A DNA stretch of 12,778 nucleotides from Candidatus Latescibacterota bacterium (lineage in GTDB: Bacteria; Latescibacterota; UBA2968), in contig JAYODI010000067.1 in the NCBI GenBank assembly GCA_038279365.1, positions 20,241 to 33,018 of the forward strand. Direction: 5' to 3'. Shown here one piece after another: positions 5,732 through 12,778 of this stretch (position 1 is its first letter; the number at the start of each line of letters is the position of its first letter). Below the pieces are notes generated by a model. That model ran no database searches, had not been told where the DNA came from, and saw only the letters and a list, made by a program, of their open reading frames with translations. The position numbers were made by a program, and so were the translations under genes.

Positions 5732-8284
5732 TCAATTGCCCAAAAGTCCTTTCATGGCTTCTTCAAATGCCGCATCATAAGGGTCTTTGGGTGTGGGGGG
5801 CGCAACAGGTGCCACAATTTGAAACATCGCACGTCGTGTTGTGCGTTGTAACGAATTCAGATCTGTAACCAACACCTCCACCATTTTCAAACCCGGTTTA
5901 AGCGATTCGGTTTCCAACTCAAAAAAAACAGGCTCACTCGATGCATTCACACTGCGCTCATATTGCACCGTAAACTCAGGCTCAGCAGAAGCCGCAAACA
6001 TTTGGCGAATGCCCCCCACCAAAATGCCCAACGCACCTGCTTTGCGCCCAGCATCGGGTCGAATGGTGTACGTCACCTGATACTTGGCCTGCCCAAAGGT
6101 GTCTTGTTTGAGGTTATACACCTCATAATACAAACGCGCATCGCGTGTCGATTCATAACTTCTTGTGGGCGCAGGCACCACCCACAGATCACCCTTCTTA
6201 AATTTTTCGGCATCGGGGCTGTCAGAAACCGTCCACGCCATTTCGATATCGCTAATGGCCAACGAATCGGCAAAAGAAGGAATGGTCACTTCTTGCCGAT
6301 ACATCCCCCACTTGCCCGAGGTGCGATCCGAAAGCTTCACACCCAACACATAGTCCCCCGGTGGCACATTGATCGTTGCCAAATCCACAAACAACCCACC
6401 CAATGTGGCTTCGGCTATTGTTTTGCGAAACACCAACTCTTCACCCGTGCGATAAATCGAATCACCCTTGCTTTCAGCCAACACCAATGACCGTTCAATG
6501 GCCAGTTCCACACGGTCATTTTCGCGTATCAAAGTAACTTGCTCAGGAGGAATCCCAAAATACACCTCCAATGCCGTCTGCCCACTTTCACTTCTAAAAC
6601 TTGCCAAATCATAATAAAAGCCCAACAATTCCACACCCGGTGGCACATCAAAATATTCGGGCAATTCAGACGCCGTCTGCATCAATTGCACGGCTGGCGA
6701 TTGATTGTTCACCTCGGCAACCAATGCAGAATGCCACAAATTATTGGGCACCAATGGAAAGTCCCATTGACCGCTCATATACCGATCTGTAAATGTAAAC
6801 TCCACACCATCGCCCACGTACAAATACACCCACGATTCCCACGGCATCATAATGGAACCATCCGTTCCGCGATCAATCGGAATGGCAGGCTCAATACCTT
6901 GTGTCATATTGGGTGGCAGATTCAATCGCACATTGCCCCCCGGGTCCATCACTTCCCAAAGCCAACCCGAAGACAAATTGGCCGGATTCACTTCAAAAAC
7001 AGCACCATTGCGCACAGCATCTACCTTTTCAGTATCAGACATCCGCTCAGCAATTTCAGACGAAATCAGGCGTCCCCCCTCTTCTGCTGGTGGAAAATCT
7101 TGTCCATCATAAGATTGTCCGGGAAAATATGCGCTCCCCGGTATCATCATTGGCAATTGCACACGCGGGGGCTCTTGTGCCCGATAAGCCGTTGATTGCT
7201 CAAATAATTCTGCAATCTTTTTCTCTTTAAACTGTTGTACCTCCAATGGCGGTAGGGCATTTTGCCCACCCGAGCGCGATTTGTAATTGGGCTCACCATA
7301 TCGGATATACACCTCACCGCGTTTGTCCCACGGCTGAACCTTGCGCCCATAAAACGTACGCGCATACCACACACGTCTGTAATGCTCTGCCTTGCGCGCA
7401 TCTCCGCCCAACATCAACGCCCCTTCGCGCGATGCCCAAAAGCGTTTTAAAAAAGCATCGCGCCCATCAACAGGCAAAGCCTCAAACTGAGCCACTTCAC
7501 GTTGATTACCCACCAAAGAAATATCGTCATAATAAAACCGTTCCGAATCGGTCACCTGCGTCAAATACTGCTCAAACGCCATCAATGCCCGATCTGCATC
7601 CCCCCGCACCGCATAGGCTTGCCCTTCCAAGGCCCACCACCGCACATCCTCCGAAAATCGTTCACGCGCCTTTTTGGCCGTTTCCAAAACCGCGTCATAG
7701 TCATACCGTTCAACCTGTGTTTCCGTCAAATGCAAATACCCCGTTGCATCATCAGGAAACTGAGCCACATATCGCTCACACAACGCAAGCAGTGCATCGC
7801 TTTGATCCAATTGCGCATCTTTGTACCACAAAATGAGTTCCTGATAAGAAGGTTTGTAATTGGGATCCAATTGAATGGCCTTTAAATAAGCCTCCTCAGT
7901 GTCTTCATTGTCCTGCCTTGCGTGCACACGTGCAATACCCACTTGGGCATCCCGATAGCCTGGGTCTTCTCCCAAGGCCATTCGATAATTTAAGAATGCC
8001 CGTTGTGTGTTGCTCTTGCCTTGCGCGGCGTACACATCTCCCAACCCTGTATAAACCCGTGCCGTTTTTTGAATGTCCAATGCCTTGTTAAAAGCGCGTT
8101 TGGCCTCATCAAAATTTTGGTTCGCCAAATACAATTCTCCCAAACGGACCCAAATCGCGCCATCTTTTTTATTCGTATTGGTTAGCGCTTCATAAACAGC
8201 TAAAGAATCAACCGCTTGAGCTTCTATTCGACCGCCCCATACAACGATCAGCCCTCCCAATATCATGAATAAAACACGATGCAT
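5732..8284 (-). CDS. Secreted TPR-repeat + GWxTD-domain protein, paralog 1 (about 850 aa)
   Basis: Signal peptide MHRVLFMILGGLIVVWGGRIEA|Q and TPR repeats. Contains FW...EHYRRVWYARTFYG....PWDKRGEVYIRYGEPN and WESWVY, and is colinear with paralog 2 over its length. The ATG at 8284 is preferred over 8302 because GGAGG lies 8 nt upstream. Confidence 0.87.
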   Translation of the reverse strand: MHRVLFMILGGLIVVWGGRIEAQAVDSLAVYEALTNTNKKDGAIWVRLGELYLANQNFDEAKRAFNKALDIQKTARVYTGLGDVYAAQGKSNTQRAFLNYRMALGEDPGYRDAQVGIARVHARQDNEDTEEAYLKAIQLDPNYKPSYQELILWYKDAQLDQSDALLALCERYVAQFPDDATGYLHLTETQVERYDYDAVLETAKKARERFSEDVRWWALEGQAYAVRGDADRALMAFEQYLTQVTDSERFYYDDISLVGNQREVAQFEALPVDGRDAFLKRFWASREGALMLGGDARKAEHYRRVWYARTFYGRKVQPWDKRGEVYIRYGEPNYKSRSGGQNALPPLEVQQFKEKKIAELFEQSTAYRAQEPPRVQLPMMIPGSAYFPGQSYDGQDFPPAEEGGRLISSEIAERMSDTEKVDAVRNGAVFEVNPANLSSGWLWEVMDPGGNVRLNLPPNMTQGIEPAIPIDRGTDGSIMMPWESWVYLYVGDGVEFTFTDRYMSGQWDFPLVPNNLWHSALVAEVNNQSPAVQLMQTASELPEYFDVPPGVELLGFYYDLASFRSESGQTALEVYFGIPPEQVTLIRENDRVELAIERSLVLAESKGDSIYRTGEELVFRKTIAEATLGGLFVDLATINVPPGDYVLGVKLSDRTSGKWGMYRQEVTIPSFADSLAISDIEMAWTVSDSPDAEKFKKGDLWVVPAPTRSYESTRDARLYYEVYNLKQDTFGQAKYQVTYTIRPDAGRKAGALGILVGGIRQMFAASAEPEFTVQYERSVNASSEPVFFELETESLKPGLKMVEVLVTDLNSLQRTTRRAMFQIVAPVAPPTPKDPYDAAFEEAMKGLLGN

Positions 8285-8352
8285 AACAAGCCCTCCCGGC
8301 ATAAATTCATCAAATATCCTTTTTGATAAGATGCCAGTGAATCAAAAAAAGT

Positions 8353-8386
8353 TTAAAAAAGCGCATCCATAGACGCGCTTTTTTAA
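8353..8386 (-). terminator. Intrinsic terminator (potentially bidirectional) after the CPA2 antiporter
   Basis: Perfect 12-bp inverted repeat TTAAAAAAGCGC (8353-8364) / GCGCTTTTTTAA (8375-8386). The minus-strand RNA reads GCGCGUC-UAUG-GAUGCGC followed by U6. Confidence 0.85.
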
Positions 8387-8423
8387 TTGCCACAACATAA
8401 CAATAGCCAAACAAAACAAGTGG

Positions 8424-10412
8424 TTAATGACGTACCCGCTCACCGACCTCCGCAGTCGCAGCCATCAACCGCGCTTTCTCACCAATCATCACCAACAAAT
8501 CACCTGAGCCAATTTGATAATTGGCACCAGGGTTCACCGTTGCCCCACCCGCATTGACTGCTGTGACCAATGTAAGCCCCAACTCTGAGCGCAAGCGCAA
8601 CTCTCCCACCCCCTTGCCCACCCAACTGCTGTCAGGCTTTACCTTAAACGTCATCATTTCAATATCGGGAAAAGCATGTACCAATTGGTGCAAATCGGTT
8701 AAGTGCGTACCACGTTGTGTAAAAAGTTGATAATCGCCTTGTTGAATGGCCGCTTTTTCTGTCTCCACTGCCAACCAAGACGCACCCAAAGCCCGCATTG
8801 TCCACGATGCCATTTCCAAACTCACTTCAAACTCTTCTTCAATCACCCGATCTGCCCCCAACCGGCGCAATTCGGCAATGTCTTCGGGCAAGCGGGTACG
8901 TGCCATCACCAACGCAATGGGGTGTAAGCTCTTGGCCTGCGCCACCGTGCGCCGTGCCGCATGTGGGTCGGCATAAGTCACCACCACAGCACGTGCCCGT
9001 TTTATACCTGCATGAAGCAAGACTTCTGCACTGCTCGAATCGCCAAAATAAGCCGGAACACCTTCAGCTTGTAACCGACGAACACGCAACGCATTCAAAT
9101 CCAAAACCAAATAAGGAATGGCATTTTCTTGTAAAACTTGCGACACATGTTGCCCCACCGGTCCAAAACCGCAAATGATCACATGGTTGTCGATATGCAC
9201 ATCATCCAAGGCCTCATCGGCTTTGCCATGAAAGATCCGCTCGGGCACCCCCAATTTCATTAACCAATGGGGCAATGCACGTCCCAACTTAAACAGTTGA
9301 GGCGTTACCACCATGGTCATCACCGTACCGGCCAAGGTCAATTGATACAAATAATCGCCAATCAAGTTGAGGTTCTTTCCCATTTGCGCCAACACAAACG
9401 AAAACTCACCAATTTGCGACAACGCCGCCCCTGCAAAAATGGCCACCCGCAAAGGATACTTAAACAACCGCACCACCGCCGTGCAAATAATCGCATTCAC
9501 CCCCAAAACCAACACCACCAATAACCCTAAAATTTCGGGGTTGGCAAACACAAAGCCCGGGTCGAGCAACATCCCCACCGATACAAAAAAGATGCACAAA
9601 AACGCATCTTTAAAAGGCAAAATATCAGACATCGTTTGCAAGCTGTATTCCGAATCGCTCACCACCATACCCGCAACAAATGCACCCAATGCCAGCGACA
9701 ACCCCGCCAAATAGCTCACATAGGCCGTGCCCATACACAATGCAAAAACCATCAACAAAAACAATTCGCGGTTGCGTGTGCGCGCCGTCCAAAAAAACAC
9801 CCGTGGCAAAACCACACGGCTTGCAACAAAAGCACCTGCCAAAAACACAATCGCCTTGCCTGCCGCCAATGCAAGCGGTTCCAAAAACCCTTGTTCGGGT
9901 GAGGCCAAGGCAGGCAAAATAATCATCATGGGCACCACCGCAATATCTTGAAACAACAAAATGCCCAAAACCACCCGCCCGTGTAACGTATCCAACTCGC
10001 CACCTTCTTGAAGCAATTTGAGCACAATGGCCGAACTGCTCAAAGCAACCAAACACCCCAAATACACCCCACGATACCACGTCCACCCAAGCAAATAAGC
10101 CGCCCCAACCCCCACCAACACCGTAAGCCCCACCTGCAAACTGCCCCCACCCAATGCAATGGTTTTAAGGCGTTTCATCTTCTCCAATGAAAATTCAATC
10201 CCAAGCGTAAACATCAGCAAAATTACCCCTACTTCGGCCAACAATTCCAAATCGTGATATTCAATCCACCCCAACCCACGCGGCCCAATAATCAACCCAC
10301 TGAGGATATATCCCAAAATGGCCGGCTGTTTTAATCTTGCCAATAACAAATTAACGCCCAATGCCGCTCCAAAAATAGTCACAACTTCCGTCAATATCCC
10401 AATATCGTGCAT
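8424..10412 (-). CDS. Monovalent cation:proton antiporter-2 (CPA2, Kef-type) with TrkA-N and TrkA-C domains (about 662 aa)
   Basis: Membrane domain motifs ILGYILSGLIIGP, LAEVGVILLMFTLGIEFS, ALSSSAIVLK, GILLFQD, LGAFVAG, FFVSVGM and SQIGEFSFVL. RCK_N motif HVIICGFGPVG...YFGD, and C-terminal RCK_C (SSWVGKGVGELRLR...NPGANYQIGSGDLLVMIG). The ATG at 10412 is chosen because SD GAGGAG lies 5 nt upstream. Confidence 0.93.
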   Translation of the reverse strand: MHDIGILTEVVTIFGAALGVNLLLARLKQPAILGYILSGLIIGPRGLGWIEYHDLELLAEVGVILLMFTLGIEFSLEKMKRLKTIALGGGSLQVGLTVLVGVGAAYLLGWTWYRGVYLGCLVALSSSAIVLKLLQEGGELDTLHGRVVLGILLFQDIAVVPMMIILPALASPEQGFLEPLALAAGKAIVFLAGAFVASRVVLPRVFFWTARTRNRELFLLMVFALCMGTAYVSYLAGLSLALGAFVAGMVVSDSEYSLQTMSDILPFKDAFLCIFFVSVGMLLDPGFVFANPEILGLLVVLVLGVNAIICTAVVRLFKYPLRVAIFAGAALSQIGEFSFVLAQMGKNLNLIGDYLYQLTLAGTVMTMVVTPQLFKLGRALPHWLMKLGVPERIFHGKADEALDDVHIDNHVIICGFGPVGQHVSQVLQENAIPYLVLDLNALRVRRLQAEGVPAYFGDSSSAEVLLHAGIKRARAVVVTYADPHAARRTVAQAKSLHPIALVMARTRLPEDIAELRRLGADRVIEEEFEVSLEMASWTMRALGASWLAVETEKAAIQQGDYQLFTQRGTHLTDLHQLVHAFPDIEMMTFKVKPDSSWVGKGVGELRLRSELGLTLVTAVNAGGATVNPGANYQIGSGDLLVMIGEKARLMAATAEVGERVRH

Positions 10413-10548
10413 GCCCACTCCTCGTTATATATCTCTTTTCCCATATACTTAAACGCGATGTTCACACTCACAAAGCACCTGCTTCTACATCTTTATAGAA
10501 GTACCCATAATATGCAATAAAACACAATCTGAGTAGTCCCCTTTGCAC

Positions 10549-10577
10549 TTGACATTCGGGCATTCACACTGCATCCT
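10549..10577 (+). promoter_or_regulatory. Possible sigma70-type promoter for the PL8 gene
   Basis: Consensus TTGACA (10549-10554), 17-nt spacer and a weak -10 CATCCT (10572-10577), in the divergent intergenic region. Confidence 0.35.
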
Positions 10578-10625
10578 TGACGCGCAATCATTCATACACC
10601 TCACCCCATACTCATAAAGATCATT

Positions 10626-12668
10626 GTGACGCTCAAAACCATATATTACATCATAATATACTTAAGCGCATCCCTTCATACACCTTTTACAGCGAATGCA
10701 CAAATGGCCCAAAACGATTTTGAAACACTCATCGAACGCATCTTAGCCCAAGAAAAAGATACACCCAAAGAAGCCACCGTCAAAAAATTACTTGAAACAC
10801 AAAACCCCGATGGCACCTGGCCCGATGTTGACTACACCCACCAAAGCCGATCTGCTTGGCGCACACCCCAACATTTGAACCACCTCACACACTTGGCCGA
10901 AGCCTATCATTCGGGCATGCAATATCCCAATATCAAACCCGCCATTCACGCCGCCCTCAACCACTGGCTCGAAAACGATTACACCAACCCCAATTGGTGG
11001 TGGAACGACATTGGTGTGCCCCGCAACCTCAGCCACATCCTCTTGTTGCTCGACAAAGAAATCACCGACCATCAACGTCAGTTGGGCTCCCAAATTCTTT
11101 CACGTGCCCAACTGGAAAAAACAGGTCAAAACCTCGTGTGGTTGGCCGACATCACCGCCAAACGTGGCCTCCTCAACCGAGATGCCAACCTCGTCAAACA
11201 AGCCTATGCACGCATCACCGAAGAAATTCGCATTTCTTTTGACGAAGGCATTCAACCCGATGCCAGCTTTTATCAACACGGCCCCTGCCTCTACAATCAC
11301 GGTTATGGCGCGGGCTTTGCCGGTGACTGCTCGCGTTTGGCGGCACTTTTGGTGGGCACCCAATTTGCCTTTCCCAAAGACAAAATCGATAAAATTGTTT
11401 TTTACGTACTCGACGGATCGCGCTGGATGTTGCGAGGCACCACCCCCGACTATGGGGCCAAAGGCCGTGAAATTTCGCGCAAAGGTGCAAGCGCCCGTTA
11501 TCTCATTCGCGTGTGTGACAACCTGCTCAAACTCGACACGGGCCGAGAAGAAGAACTGCGCGCCTTTAAAGCACACCTTCAAAATGGGCAAGGATCTGCC
11601 GTCACAGGCAACAAACACTTTTGGCGTGGCGACATCATGACCCATCACCGCAAAGGGTATTACACGTCGGCCCGCTTCTTCTCCACCCGCACCGTGAGCA
11701 CCGACGGCCCACACAACAACGAAGGCCTCAAAAGCCACCATCTTGCCGACGGGTGCAACTACCTCTTTGTGCGCGGTGATGAATACGACAACATTTTCCC
11801 CGTATGGGATTGGCAAAAAATCCCAGGCACCACCGTTGCGCAAACCAATGACTTCACAAAAAAACCACACATCCCCGGTACCACAGACTTTGTGGGGGGC
11901 GCATCCGATGGCACCTATGGCGTAGCGGCATTTGACCTCCAGCGTGAAACCGTCTCGGCTAAAAAAGCGTGGTTCTTTTTTAATCGCGAATACGTCTGCC
12001 TCGGCACAGGTATTCAGTCGCCCACTACCGTTCCTATATTGACCACGCTCAACCAATGTTATCTCACAGGTGATGTATTGGTAAATGGTCAATCCATCGA
12101 ACAAGGCGACCACGACCTCTCAAACATTCAAAGTATTCACCACGACAACGTTGCCTACCTTTTTCCAGAAGACACCCATATACACCTTCGCAACCGCACC
12201 CAAACAGGCAGTTGGTACGACATCAATAACCAATATGAACAAGACACCCTCTCACGTGACATCTTCAATCTCTGGGTCGATCACGGCATCAATCCCAACA
12301 ACGCCCACTACGCCTACATCGTTGCACCAGGTGTCACCAAGACAGACTTGCCTCTATACACCCAACGGCACGGCATCCAAATCTTAAAAAACACACCCCA
12401 AATACAAGCCGTTCACCACGCCAACCAACGCATCACACAGGCCGTTTTTTATACACCCGGTGAATTGGCCGTCACACGCGAAATCACGCTCACCGTCAAC
12501 GAACCTTGCACATTGATCTTGCGCGATGATTCGCTCACCGTGTCCAACCCCAAAAATGAAGCCCTCACGGTTGCTGTCACACTCAAGCGCAGTGACAGTG
12601 TTGAAACATTTGTGTTTGAATTGCCTGGTGGGAAGGATGCGGGGAAGAGTGTGTCACAGGATATATAA
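10626..12668 (+). CDS. Polysaccharide lyase family 8 (chondroitin AC/hyaluronate lyase-like), probably secreted (680 aa)
   Basis: PL8 motifs DGTWPDVDY, NWWWNDIGVP, TGQN, GIQPDASFYQHG..YNHGYG (catalytic His and Tyr 9 residues apart), GREISR, NNEG, EY.NIFPVWDW.KIPGTT, AKKAWFF and IDHG-like VDHG...YAY. The GTG start has a weak SD. Possible signal cleavage at ANA|Q. Confidence 0.93.
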   Translation: MTLKTIYYIIIYLSASLHTPFTANAQMAQNDFETLIERILAQEKDTPKEATVKKLLETQNPDGTWPDVDYTHQSRSAWRTPQHLNHLTHLAEAYHSGMQYPNIKPAIHAALNHWLENDYTNPNWWWNDIGVPRNLSHILLLLDKEITDHQRQLGSQILSRAQLEKTGQNLVWLADITAKRGLLNRDANLVKQAYARITEEIRISFDEGIQPDASFYQHGPCLYNHGYGAGFAGDCSRLAALLVGTQFAFPKDKIDKIVFYVLDGSRWMLRGTTPDYGAKGREISRKGASARYLIRVCDNLLKLDTGREEELRAFKAHLQNGQGSAVTGNKHFWRGDIMTHHRKGYYTSARFFSTRTVSTDGPHNNEGLKSHHLADGCNYLFVRGDEYDNIFPVWDWQKIPGTTVAQTNDFTKKPHIPGTTDFVGGASDGTYGVAAFDLQRETVSAKKAWFFFNREYVCLGTGIQSPTTVPILTTLNQCYLTGDVLVNGQSIEQGDHDLSNIQSIHHDNVAYLFPEDTHIHLRNRTQTGSWYDINNQYEQDTLSRDIFNLWVDHGINPNNAHYAYIVAPGVTKTDLPLYTQRHGIQILKNTPQIQAVHHANQRITQAVFYTPGELAVTREITLTVNEPCTLILRDDSLTVSNPKNEALTVAVTLKRSDSVETFVFELPGGKDAGKSVSQDI

Positions 12669-12671
12669 CAT

Positions 12672-12778
12672 ACGACCCGCCGGTGGTGTGGGCCGTTGTG
12701 CCGTTGGTGGGTGGTGCTGGGTGGGTGTGTGGAACACGTGGTGGGGTGTGGGAACGGCACGAGCAGGTGAGGGTGGTT
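12672..12778. repeat. G/T-rich low-complexity tract with inverted and direct repeats (possible degenerate REP/MITE-like element, may continue past the window)
   Basis: Inverted repeat GTGCCGTT (12698-12705) / AACGGCAC (12753-12760). Imperfect hairpin ACGACCCGC/GTGGGCCGT (12672-12696). Direct repeat GGGTGTG(T/-)GGAAC at about 12723-12735 and 12744-12755. Seven runs of three or more G. Confidence 0.4.

Noticed and set aside
4047..7885. Several 100-235 aa + strand ORFs (4047-4661, 4926-5633, 5963-6490, 6539-7195, 7246-7836)
   Set aside because: Antisense shadows of the GWxTD genes, with His/Gln/Pro-rich non-protein-like composition.
11100..12113. 337-aa antisense ORF, plus the 209-aa alternate-frame ORF at 11011-11640
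   Set aside because: Both lie wholly within the well-supported PL8 gene, show no motifs, and are explained by biased codon usage.
12575..12598. CTGTCAC/GTGACAG inverted repeat
   Set aside because: Only 7 bp, inside coding sequence and with no U tract; likely chance.
1..12778. CRISPR array, tRNA/rRNA, transposase, integrase, phage or defence genes
   Set aside because: No regularly spaced repeats or recognisable motifs. All intergenic gaps are short (about 210 nt or less) and none shows a cloverleaf.

Overview
Gene-dense bacterial chromosomal window with nine supportable CDSs. I found no RNA gene, CRISPR array, integrase or transposase. Left to right: a secreted helical Spy/CpxP-like protein (-); an 84-aa hypothetical protein abutting a class I SAM-dependent methyltransferase-like gene (+); a stand-alone cytochrome bd subunit II (cydB, -) with no cydA beside it; a terminator-bounded three-gene unit (-) of two tandem paralogous secreted TPR + GWxTD-domain proteins and a small lipoprotein; a CPA2/Kef-type antiporter with TrkA-N and TrkA-C domains (-); and a PL8 polysaccharide lyase (+). 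The best candidate for an undescribed system is the GWxTD-GWxTD-lipoprotein unit, whose paralogs share a non-canonical version of the family motifs. The orphan cydB and an abrupt switch from C/A-rich to G/T-rich + strand near 12.6 kb are also notable. Gene content is compatible with an FCB-group or Latescibacterota-like diderm (inference only). All family calls come from motif recognition by eye, with no database search.
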